Shown piece by piece: positions 15,403 to 23,752 of a stretch of DNA of 43,470 nucleotides; position 1 is the stretch's first letter; each line of letters opens with the position of its first letter. A model generated the notes under the pieces. It was not told the origin of the DNA. It saw only the letters and a program-made list of their open reading frames with translations, and did no database searches. The stretch covers positions 1-43,470 of the IMG/VR virus record IMGVR_UViG_3300032883_000247, one strand, 5' to 3'. Made by a program: the position numbers and the translations under genes. The DNA comes from a virus.

Positions 15403-16016
15403 GACACCTAGAGGAGACGGAGCTCACGGAGGCCGAGCGGCGGCTCGCGAAATTCCTGGCGAAACGCCGGCACGATTTCGACGTCAAGGCCGGCTATGAG
15501 AACAAAAAACAGAGCGCGGAGGAAGACCTCGTGATCCACGAGCGCGGGATCGCCGGCGAGATCGCGTTCTGCAAAATGATGAACCTCTACCCGGATCTCC
15601 GCGACGATATGATCCGCAAGGATCACGACGCCGTTCTCCACGAGGCCGGAAACGCGACGGTCGACGTGAAGACCTCAGCCGGAGGATCGAGGACGTTGTT
15701 CGTCCTGCTCGCCAAGCGGGAGACGCCGGCCGATCTCTACTGCCTCCTTTTTGTGGAGGGGAATTACTATCGGATCGAGGGATGGACGACGGCCGGCTCT
15801 CTGTTCGTGCCGGAGAATATCGTGGACGTTGGCCACGGGCCCTGCTACGCCGTGGCGAAGGAGAAACTCCTCCCGCTCGACGAGGCGATCATCGCTCTTG
15901 ATATCGAGCGTTATGAGCGCGAGATGGCCGAGGCGGCGGAGCTCGAGGGCCGGATCATGGAGGAGGAGAAAAAACTTCAACAGGAGGTCGAAGATGATTC
16001 TAGCGATAACTTTTAA
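15399..16016 (+). CDS. hypothetical protein, possibly with a PD-(D/E)XK-type nuclease fold
   Basis: GTGA coupling. GIAGEIAF...HDAVL...ATVDVKT gives an E...D...(D/E)xK-like arrangement. The function call is weak. Confidence 0.45.
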   Translation: MRHLEETELTEAERRLAKFLAKRRHDFDVKAGYENKKQSAEEDLVIHERGIAGEIAFCKMMNLYPDLRDDMIRKDHDAVLHEAGNATVDVKTSAGGSRTLFVLLAKRETPADLYCLLFVEGNYYRIEGWTTAGSLFVPENIVDVGHGPCYAVAKEKLLPLDEAIIALDIERYEREMAEAAELEGRIMEEEKKLQQEVEDDSSDNF

Positions 16017-16308
16017 GGGTGTGCCGTTCCAACTCTTTGTCAAGGATACGGTGTTCAATCCCGACGTCGTGATCCTGCCTCACGAGCTCCTCGAGCCGAT
16101 CATTAAAACGCGATCGGTCGAGCGCGACGAGGAGGTCTATATCTATACCGAGAAAATCGCGTTCTTTCAGAGGATCACTGAGGAGCGGTACGAGGAGATG
16201 AAGAAGAAGGCCACGGAGGCCATGGAGCGGGAGACCGAGATGATGGCTCAACGCAAAGTGATCACGCTCGATCCGCGCTCGCTCATCCCTGGTCGGGGAA
16301 ATCACTAA
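15994..16308 (+). CDS. hypothetical protein
   Basis: ATG 15994 preceded by cAGGAGGtcgaag. 104-aa product starting MILAITFKGVPFQLF... It overlaps the upstream gene by 23 nt. Confidence 0.6.
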   Translation: MILAITFKGVPFQLFVKDTVFNPDVVILPHELLEPIIKTRSVERDEEVYIYTEKIAFFQRITEERYEEMKKKATEAMERETEMMAQRKVITLDPRSLIPGRGNH

Positions 16309-16312
16309 TCGC

Positions 16313-16342
16313 TTGACAAACCGCGAGGGTGCGGCGTAGATT
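16313..16342 (+). promoter_or_regulatory. sigma70-like promoter candidate (TTGACA-18 nt-TAGATT) upstream of the endolysin gene
   Basis: TTGACA at 16313-16318, an 18-nt spacer and TAGATT at 16337-16342, in the 51-nt gap before the amidase gene. Confidence 0.4.
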
Positions 16343-16359
16343 GAGAGCGGCGACGGACG

Positions 16360-16890
16360 ATGCCTCCCTTCGAACCAAAACGAATCGTGATTCACCACTC
16401 GGCGGAGCTCGATCTCCCTACGATCGAGTGGAGCGGGATCCGGCGTTATCAAACGTCCCACCGGATCGACTATACGACGGTGACTCCCGAGGAGTTCGTG
16501 CGCCGCAAGGCGGCCGGCGAGGGCTCGCGCTTTGAGGAGCCGTGGCTCGATATCGGCTATCACGCCGGCGTCGAACGCGCCGAAGGGGAGTTTGAGATTC
16601 TCTACGGCCGATCGTGGATCATGCCGGGCGCGCACGTAATCGGCTACAACTCGACCTCACTCGGCCTCTGTTTCCTCGGCAACTTCACGTCCGAGCCGCC
16701 CTCGGATCGCCAACTCGCGGCCGGCGCGAGGATCATCCGAGATTGGATCTTCCTCTTTTCGATCGGAATGGAGTGGATATCCCGCCACGATGAGCTCAAC
16801 CCAGGACTCACGGCTTGTCCAGGCGCGGCCTTCGATCTCGCTCGTTTGATCGATATGGTGGCGACGCTCATCAAGGGCGGCTCGCTCTAG
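16360..16890 (+). CDS. N-acetylmuramoyl-L-alanine amidase (Amidase_2/PGRP, T7-lysozyme-like) endolysin
   Basis: IVIHHSA...DIGYHAGV...GAHVIGYNSTSLGLCFLGNF...HDELNPGLTACPG matches the Amidase_2 zinc-ligand and fold pattern. Confidence 0.9.
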   Translation: MPPFEPKRIVIHHSAELDLPTIEWSGIRRYQTSHRIDYTTVTPEEFVRRKAAGEGSRFEEPWLDIGYHAGVERAEGEFEILYGRSWIMPGAHVIGYNSTSLGLCFLGNFTSEPPSDRQLAAGARIIRDWIFLFSIGMEWISRHDELNPGLTACPGAAFDLARLIDMVATLIKGGSL

Positions 16891-16899
16891 GAGGCAACG

Positions 16900-17115
16900 A
16901 TGGATTTGACGATTCAAACACTCCTCGGGCTCCTCAAACCCGAGATCATCCTAAAGGCTCTTGAATTGCTCCATCCGGAGCTCTCGGATCAGATCGAGGC
17001 CGAGAGAATGAAGTTCCGGAAGGAGCGGGAGGAGAAACGTGCGAAATTTCTCGAGGCTCTGGACAAAATGGACGTGGCTACTCTTAACGCTATGTCTTCT
17101 GAGTTTTGGAGTTAA
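16900..17115 (+). CDS. small hypothetical helical protein next to the endolysin
   Basis: RBS taGGAGGcaacg. 71 aa. Its 3' end overlaps the next gene by 77 nt in another frame. Confidence 0.55.
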   Translation: MDLTIQTLLGLLKPEIILKALELLHPELSDQIEAERMKFRKEREEKRAKFLEALDKMDVATLNAMSSEFWS

Positions 17116-17347
17116 CTGCCCTGCCCGTTACGTACCGCCGACAATTCCCCCACCGGCCGGAGCGGCCGAGATCGCAGGGAAAATCATCGCCGGCGCGCCT
17201 CCGGTCTTCGAGCCGGGCGTCGATCCGAAAGGCTCGTTCTTTGTGGTCACGAAGGCCTACGTGAACTATCATTATTTCCTTCAACAGGATAACAAAGAGC
17301 TCCGCCTTGAGGTCGAGGAACTCCGCGCAAAGTTGGCGAAAAAATGA
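17039..17347 (+). CDS. secreted, possibly lipid-anchored, Pro-rich protein with a C-terminal coiled coil (spanin-like candidate)
   Basis: GTG 17039 preceded by GGAGcGGGAGGAG. N-terminus MRNFSRLWTKWTWLLLTLCLLSFGVNCPARYVPPTIPPP is a signal-like segment with Cys followed by a Pro-rich stretch. It is overlapped with the upstream ORF, as in Rz/Rz1-type arrangements. Confidence 0.5.
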   Translation: MRNFSRLWTKWTWLLLTLCLLSFGVNCPARYVPPTIPPPAGAAEIAGKIIAGAPPVFEPGVDPKGSFFVVTKAYVNYHYFLQQDNKELRLEVEELRAKLAKK

Positions 17348-19553
17348 ACATCGTGCGCGTCCCGATCTCTAACGTCGTGCCGTGGGATAAGAATCCTCGG
17401 AAAATCAAGAAGGACGATTTCGCTCGCCTCAAAAAGCAGATCACGGAGCTCGGCGTCTATAAACCGCTTGTCGCCTATGCGGAGAACGGCCGCTACGTCG
17501 TGCTCGGCGGAAATATGCGCCTCCGCGCGCTCCAAGAACTCGCCTACGGAGAGGTGGACGTCTCCGTGGTGGAAGTGAAATCCGAGGCCGAAAAACTCAA
17601 ATTCAACCTCTCCGATAACGATCGCGCCGGCGAATATGATGATCAGGCTCTCGCGGAGCTCGTTCTGCCGCAACTCGAGGCGATCGATCTCGAGCAATAC
17701 AAGGTGGATATCGGAGAGCCGATGGATCTGCGTATGCTCCTCGGCGAGTTCGCTCCAGGCGGCGTCGATCCCTCCGTCGTCACGGATCGTCCCTCGCTCG
17801 CCGATCGTTTCCTCTTTCCTCCTTTCTCCGTCTTCGATGCGCGCCAAGGCCTCTGGATCGCGCGCAAACGATCCTGGCTCGGCCTCGGCATCCAATCGGA
17901 GGTCGGGCGCGAGGAGAACCTCCTCGGATTCTCGCGCCACATCATCAACAAGGATTTCTATATCTCAAAGCGGGAGGGGTACGTCGATTTTCCCGAGGGC
18001 GGCGATGCCGTCTACGAGAAAAACAAAGGCACGTCGGTCTTCGATCCCGTCCTCTGCGAGCTCCTCTACCGATGGTTCGCGCCGCTCCGAGGCCGTGTCC
18101 TTGATCCCTTCGCCGGCGGCTCCGTCCGTGGGATCGTCGCCTCGCTCCTCGGCCTGGAATATACGGGCCTCGATCTCAACGATGCGCAGATCGAGGAGGA
18201 TCGCAAACAGGCGGAGGCGATTTGTCCGGGGAAGTTCCGGCAGGCGGCCGAGGAGGCCGACTCGCTCGAGACGACGCCGATCGAGCGGCGGGGCCCGTAT
18301 TGGCTCAAACGCGATGATCTCTACCGCGTGGCCGGTGCGGCGGGAGGCAAGGCGCGCGCGGCCTGGGCCCTGGCTCAAGGCGCGAAGAACGGCCTCGTGA
18401 CGGCCGGCTCGCGCTCCTCGCCTCAGGTGAATATCGTCGCTCACGTCGCTCGCCGCCTCAACCTCCGATGCCGAGCCCACGTGCCGAGCGGTGCGTTGAC
18501 GGAGGAGCTCGAACTCGCGGCCGCCACCGGCTGTGAGATCGTCCAACATGAGCCCGGCTACAACAACGTGATTATGGCTCGTGCGCGGGAGGATGCGGAG
18601 GATCTTAAATTCCGCCTCATCCCCTTCGGTATGGAGTGCGCCGAGGCCGTCGAGCTCACCTCCGCGCAGGTGCGCGATATCCCTCCGGAGGTCAAGAGGA
18701 TCGTCGTCCCCGTGGGCTCCGGCATTTCGCTCGCCGGCATCCTGCAGGGGCTCTATCGGAATAACTCCTCGATCCCCGTGGTCGGCGTCGTCGTGGGCGC
18801 GGATCCCGAAAAGCGGCTCGATCAGTTCGCGCCTCCCGATTGGCGCGAGCGTGTGATCCTCGTTCGGCCCGACGTTGAGTATTCAACACCCGTAGAGGCC
18901 AGTATCGAGGGCGTGACGCTTGATCCGATTTACGAGGCAAAGTGCGCGAAATTCCTCCAACCCGACGACCTCCTCTGGATCGTCGGCCTCCGCGCCTCCG
19001 AGCGGCGCGAGCCGGTCGTCCCGCCTCTCTGGATCGCCGCCGATGCGCGGAACATCGATTGCCTTGATCTCAAACACCCCTACGATTTCGTCTTCTCCTG
19101 CCCTCCCTACTATATGACCTCGAGAAATATACCGATAAACCCGAAGATCTCTCAAACGCTAAGACCTACGAGGCCTTCCTCGCCGATTATAGATCGATCA
19201 TCGCTCGCTCGCTCGAGCTCCTCCGGCCGAATCGCTTCGCCTGCTTCGTCGTCGCCGATATCCGAGATAAGGACGGATTCTATCGCAACTTCGTGGCCGA
19301 CACGATCCGAGCGTTCGAGGACGCCGGGGCGCGCCTCTATAACGATGCGATGCTCGTGAATACGTGCGGCCTTCTTGCGGTGCGGATTTCCAAGCAATTC
19401 ACGACGGCTCGAAAACTCGGCAAGGTTCACCAGAACGTCCTCATCTTCTTCAAGGGCGATCCGGAGCGGATACGAGAGGATTTCCCGAAAATCGTCGCCA
19501 CAATCCCCATGGATGAGGCGATAAACGAACAAAAACCGGAAAAAACGAGTTAA
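17344..19553 (+). CDS. ParB-like nuclease domain / DNA methyltransferase fusion with an inserted PLP-dependent enzyme module. The reading frame is interrupted at about 19114-19115 (part 1 17344-19113, part 2 19116-19553).
   Basis: ParB/Srx N-terminus (VPWDKNPRKI, VLGGNMRLRAL). MTase motif I VLDPFAGGSVRG. PLP-enzyme-like segment (WLKRDDL...GGKARAAW...VPVGSGISLAGI...LDPIYEAKC). MTase motif IV FSCPPYY. After tac-tat the MTase-like sequence DLEKYTDKPEDLSNAKTYEAFLADY...FACFVVADIRDKDGFY...LIFFKGD continues only in the -1 frame. Confidence 0.8.
18268..18993 (+). other. inserted fold-type-II PLP-dependent enzyme-like domain (ACC deaminase / D-cysteine desulfhydrase family resemblance) within the methyltransferase
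   Basis: ETTPIERRGPYWLKRDDLYRVAGAAGGKARAAWALAQGAKNGLVTAGSRSSPQ...RIVVPVGSGISLAGILQG...GVTLDPIYEAKCAKFLQPDDLLWIVGLR parallels the DcyD/ACCD landmarks (KRDD, GGNKxRKLE, ITAG..QSN, glycine loop, LDPVYTGKA). Confidence 0.7.
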
Positions 19554-19576
19554 TTAGGGGGTAATTCAAGCGAAAA

Positions 19577-20023
19577 ATGCCTAAAACCGGTCGTCCAACA
19601 AAATACAAGGGCGAGGAGTCGATCCGCATCGTCGAGGAGATCACGGATCGCATGACCTTTAAAGACTTTTTCTCCACCTGCGGCCTCGAACACCTCGCCG
19701 CCGCCCTCGGCACGCATCGCGAGATCTTGTGGGAGTGGAGGAAGAAATACCGCGACTTAGATAACGCCGTAAAAAAATGGGAGAGCAAGCGGAACTCTCT
19801 ATTCTACGGCCTCTCGATGAGGATGCAACCCGGCGTGTGGGTGTTCCTCGCCAAGAATTGGCTCGGGATGAAAGACACCCAGGAGCATACGATCGGCGGA
19901 GGGAGCAAGTCGGTGAAGATCCGGATCGTGCCGGCCTCGCCTCGAGCTCCGATCGTGGGCCGGCCCACGCCGGCAAACGGGGTGAACGGGAAAGATGAGA
20001 GCGGAAAAAACGGTCGAACGTAG
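19577..20023 (+). CDS. terS: terminase small subunit
   Basis: N-terminus MPKTGRPTKYKGEE plus an HTH-like LAAALGTHREILWEWRKKY and FLAKNWLGMKD fit a common TerS pattern. It sits immediately upstream of, and overlaps, TerL. Confidence 0.75.
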   Translation: MPKTGRPTKYKGEESIRIVEEITDRMTFKDFFSTCGLEHLAAALGTHREILWEWRKKYRDLDNAVKKWESKRNSLFYGLSMRMQPGVWVFLAKNWLGMKDTQEHTIGGGSKSVKIRIVPASPRAPIVGRPTPANGVNGKDESGKNGRT

Positions 20024-21218
20024 GAAGTGGGAGGCGACCCGCGTCTTCTTTGCAAACGAGGAGGCGCATCAAACGGTCGTCGTCAACGTGGGCGGGGCCC
20101 GTTCCTCGAAATCCTATTCGATCGCTCAACTCCTCGTGACAAAATTCTTCGGGGAGACAAAAAAGCACTTTCTCACGTGCCGGAAAACGCTCCCCGCGCT
20201 CCGGCAAACGGCCTATAAAGTGGCGGTCGACCTCCTCATCGAGTTTGATCTCTATCGTTTCGTCGAGCACAACAAGTCGAATCGCACGCTCTTTTCCCCG
20301 TCGAACCATAATTTCTGGATTTTCACGTCGATCGATAATCCGGAGAAGATCAAATCGACGGAGTTTAACTATATCCACATGGAGGAGGCCAACGAGTTCT
20401 CCTACGACGACTACCGCATCCTCAAACTCCGGCTCTCCGGCCAAACGGAGGGGAGAGAGAAAAACCAGATGTTCCTCTCGCTCAATCCCTCCGATGAGTT
20501 CGGGTGGATCAAGAAAACACTCCTCACCGAGGGGGGATTCGATCTGATCCACAGCACCTATCTCGATAACCCGTTCCTGCCGGCCGACTACATCGAGAAC
20601 CTCGAGCGGCTCGGCCAACAGGATGAGACATATTGGAAGATCTACGGCCTCGGCGAGTGGGCGCACGTGAAGGGCCTGATCTTCGGGCCGCCGAGGATCG
20701 AGATCGCCTTCCCCGAGGTCGATGAGACGATTTACGGCCTGGATTTCGGCTACAACAACCCGACCGTTTTGCTCGAGGTCGGCGTTAGAGAGTGGGATGC
20801 TTATCACCGCGAGGTGATCTATCAAACGCGCCTCACGAACTCGGAGTTGATCGATCTGATGAAACAACGCCTCTCGGCCTACGAGCGGAGGAGGCCGATA
20901 TACGCCGACTCGGCCGAGCCGGCGCGGATCGCCGAGATCAACGCGGCGGGATTCAACGTCTATCCGGCGAAAAAGAACGTGCTCGACGGGATCGATTTCT
21001 GCAAACGATTCACGCATCACTCGCTCGCCGAGAACGTGAATTTCAACCGCGAGTGGCCAACCTACAAATGGAGAATCGATCGGAACGGCGTCACGCTTGA
21101 CGAGCCGGTTAAATTCGAGGATCATTGTCCCGATGCCGCGCGCATGGCTCTATATACGCACCTCGCAGGGGCGGAGAGCGGCGCGTTTATCGGGTTCACA
21201 AAAGAGGACGTCTATTAG
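19995..21218 (+). CDS. terL: terminase large subunit (PBSX/terminase_6-like)
   Basis: Walker A-like VNVGGARSSKSYS and Walker B-like FNYIHMEEANE, followed by a C-terminal nuclease-type region. 407 aa. Positioned between TerS and the portal gene. Confidence 0.9.
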   Translation: MRAEKTVERRKWEATRVFFANEEAHQTVVVNVGGARSSKSYSIAQLLVTKFFGETKKHFLTCRKTLPALRQTAYKVAVDLLIEFDLYRFVEHNKSNRTLFSPSNHNFWIFTSIDNPEKIKSTEFNYIHMEEANEFSYDDYRILKLRLSGQTEGREKNQMFLSLNPSDEFGWIKKTLLTEGGFDLIHSTYLDNPFLPADYIENLERLGQQDETYWKIYGLGEWAHVKGLIFGPPRIEIAFPEVDETIYGLDFGYNNPTVLLEVGVREWDAYHREVIYQTRLTNSELIDLMKQRLSAYERRRPIYADSAEPARIAEINAAGFNVYPAKKNVLDGIDFCKRFTHHSLAENVNFNREWPTYKWRIDRNGVTLDEPVKFEDHCPDAARMALYTHLAGAESGAFIGFTKEDVY

Positions 21219-21233
21219 AGGGAGGATCGAACG

Positions 21234-22637
21234 ATGAGTCTAAGATCGTACATCAGGGATTTTCAGAACTACCAAAAGGGGGTGATCGATATCAACCTCC
21301 TCCGGCGCGACAACCTCGCTCTGCGGGAAGCCGCGGTGCAGATGTCGAAGGATATCATCACGCTCAAGGAGGAGGATCGCTCCTATCGATCGAACACCTA
21401 TACGGACTACGGCGAGGCCGTGGCCGCGATCTCTCAGAAATACGAGGCAACGGCGCGATGGGGTGTCTTCCAAACCGGAAACATCATCGACCTCCGCGCC
21501 GCTTTCATCATTTCGGAGGGGATCAAGGTCTCGGCTCGCGAGCGCGGCAAGGCCAATGCGGAGCTCGAGTTCTGCGAGAAGTTTCTCCGCTACAACGATC
21601 TCGACAAAGAGGTGGCGCACGAGTTCGCCAAGGAGGCGGAGATCGAGGGGAAGATCCTCGTCCGGCTCTTTTGGGAGGAGGCCGATAAACAGGTCTCCGC
21701 TCGCTATGTCTCGTGGTTAGCGAAGAAATATGAGGTCGAGGCCAACCCGCTCGACTACCTCGATATCCTCAAGGTGAAGTGGACGGAGGAGGACAAACCG
21801 ATCGAGGTCGGCGCCTCCGATTTCGTGTATAAAAAATTCGGCGGCCGGATATCGAAACCTAACTCGGCCGCGCCCAAGATCATGAAGGTGCTCACGAAAA
21901 TCGAGGATCTTGACAAAGCACTCCGCGACCTCCGAGAGATCGATCGGATCTTCGCCGCTCCTCTCCTCGTCGTGAAATTTCTCAGCGCGCAGGATGCGGC
22001 CAAGGCGCAGGCCGATCTCGATAAAATGAACTGGAAAATCAAAAAGGGCCTCTGCACGAACGGCGAGGTATCGTTTGTTCAACCCTCCATGAGCGGGATC
22101 GACTCGCTCGAGACGGAGATCGTGACGTTGGCGAAGATGATCTCGGGCGCCACGGGCGTGCCGGTTCATTTCCTCGGCCTCCCCGATCTGCTCTCCAACC
22201 GCGCGACGGCCGAGAATCTCATGGAGCTCATCAACGCCTCGACCCTTAAAGAGCGCACGACATGGATCGGGGCCTACGAGGAACTCCTCGGGAAGGCGAT
22301 GATCATGTCGAACATAAAAACGGGCCTCGAGCAGAAAACGGCCGCGCTCGATCCGACGAAGATCAAGGTGAATATCCCGATCGTGAGCGCGCAACAGTGG
22401 GCGGCGATCGAGAAGGTTTTCCTCCCCGCCTGCGTGGCCGGCAAGATCTCCGACGAGTTGTTCCTCGATCAAATCCCCGGGATCAACGTCGAGCAGGAGC
22501 TCGATCGCAAGAACGCGACGAAGAAGGAGGAGGAGAAGGCGGCCGAGGAGGAGGCGAAGCGGATCCCGCCGCCGCAGACGGAGCTCATCCAACCCGTCGC
22601 CGCTCCGGCCGGCCTCGAGACGGGAGGTATCGCATGA
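21234..22637 (+). CDS. portal protein
   Basis: 467-aa ORF directly after TerL with RBS aGAGGGAGGatcgaacg. The size, position and acidic C-terminus are typical. The family was not identified by motif. Confidence 0.7.
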   Translation: MSLRSYIRDFQNYQKGVIDINLLRRDNLALREAAVQMSKDIITLKEEDRSYRSNTYTDYGEAVAAISQKYEATARWGVFQTGNIIDLRAAFIISEGIKVSARERGKANAELEFCEKFLRYNDLDKEVAHEFAKEAEIEGKILVRLFWEEADKQVSARYVSWLAKKYEVEANPLDYLDILKVKWTEEDKPIEVGASDFVYKKFGGRISKPNSAAPKIMKVLTKIEDLDKALRDLREIDRIFAAPLLVVKFLSAQDAAKAQADLDKMNWKIKKGLCTNGEVSFVQPSMSGIDSLETEIVTLAKMISGATGVPVHFLGLPDLLSNRATAENLMELINASTLKERTTWIGAYEELLGKAMIMSNIKTGLEQKTAALDPTKIKVNIPIVSAQQWAAIEKVFLPACVAGKISDELFLDQIPGINVEQELDRKNATKKEEEKAAEEEAKRIPPPQTELIQPVAAPAGLETGGIA

Positions 22638-23113
22638 TTCCCGCCGCCTCGTTATTCGCGCTACAATCGGCTCAGGCGGCCTCACCGGAAACATTGAAGG
22701 CTCTATCCAAGGCCATAGAGACGAGCGCGGTGGTCGCCGCCCTCGCTATCGTGGCCTATATCGTGGTCAAGATCCTCGATTGGACGGGCAGATGGCCGAG
22801 GAAATCGGCTAAACAGATCACCGACGCGATCTCTGCCGCCGAGGTGGCCAAGGAAACGGCCGCCGCTCTGGCCGGGAAGAAACGATGCTCCGCTTTTGAG
22901 GAGAACATCCTCTGCCGTGACAAGATCGGGAGGATCGAGGCGTCGGTTGGGTGCATGGAGGGCGTGATCGAAAAGCAGGCGCAGATCTCCGCCGATATCT
23001 CGAAGACGTTGGCCGGGCAGGCGGATACGCTCGCGCGCCTCACGGACTTTATCATTGCCGGCGGCCCCGTGTTGAGAAAAAAATCTCTTGACAAATTCGG
23101 CGGTGGCGTTTAA
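22634..23113 (+). CDS. hypothetical membrane-associated protein in the head module
   Basis: ATG 22634 overlaps the portal stop (ATGA) after GGGAGG. Contains the hydrophobic helix AVVAALAIVAYIVVKIL. Confidence 0.6.
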   Translation: MIPAASLFALQSAQAASPETLKALSKAIETSAVVAALAIVAYIVVKILDWTGRWPRKSAKQITDAISAAEVAKETAAALAGKKRCSAFEENILCRDKIGRIEASVGCMEGVIEKQAQISADISKTLAGQADTLARLTDFIIAGGPVLRKKSLDKFGGGV

Positions 23114-23141
23114 AACTTAACCGTAAGCAAGGAGGCGAACG

Positions 23142-23477
23142 ATGCCTTATCCTAACGAGCACGCGTGCCGGCTCGCCAATCCCAACGATGTGAAGGTGGT
23201 GGGCTCTATCACGCGAGAGCATGAGGGGAAACCTTATCGTATCCTCGTAGGGAAACGCGCCGGAAAGACGGGGAGCGAGGCGCAGGCCTATCGATACCCG
23301 AAGGACGAGTGGACGGCCGCCGCCGCGCGCGCGCACTGCGAGAAGGCCGGAGGGTCGTTCGAGGCCGCCGCCGCCTCTCAGCAGATGAACTACCTCGATC
23401 CGATCAACAACCCGCTCATCGGAACGATGTTTGATCCGGAGCTCGAGGCGTTTGATAAGGAGGAGAAAAAACCATGA
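23142..23477 (+). CDS. hypothetical head-module protein (PYPNEHACRL N-terminus)
   Basis: RBS gcAAGGAGGcgaacg. 111 aa. Confidence 0.7.
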   Translation: MPYPNEHACRLANPNDVKVVGSITREHEGKPYRILVGKRAGKTGSEAQAYRYPKDEWTAAAARAHCEKAGGSFEAAAASQQMNYLDPINNPLIGTMFDPELEAFDKEEKKP

Positions 23478-23752
23478 CCGCGATCAATATGTCGAAGATC
23501 CCCGGGCCCTCGGAGGAGTCGCAGAAGTTCCCCGATCGCCAACCGCGCGACCCGAAGGGGAAGTGGACGCCTCCGACGACGAACCGCGTGAGCGTGCCGG
23601 AGTTTGACTACAAGGCCATGGCCGCGCGCAAGAAGGGGAAACACGGGCCGGCCGATCCTCGCGTCTTTCTCGACTCGCACACGAAACTCGATCCCTCGCT
23701 CGCGAGGCTAAAGGCGGAGGATGCGAAGAAGAAGGCGGAGAAGAAGAAGTGA
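23474..23752 (+). CDS. hypothetical basic protein in the head module
   Basis: ATGA coupling. 92 aa with a Lys-rich C-terminus. Confidence 0.6.
   Translation: MTAINMSKIPGPSEESQKFPDRQPRDPKGKWTPPTTNRVSVPEFDYKAMAARKKGKHGPADPRVFLDSHTKLDPSLARLKAEDAKKKAEKKK

Noticed and set aside
17636-18400. Alternative-frame + strand ORFs nested in real genes, with Arg/Ser/Pro-rich products (also 5640-6023, 6020-6523, 7533-7775, 21125-21688, 22262-22633, 36387-36965, 37791-38345, 42103-42771).
   Set aside because: The composition is typical of off-frame translation of GC-rich coding sequence. They have no RBS, and the overlapping frame carries recognisable protein motifs.
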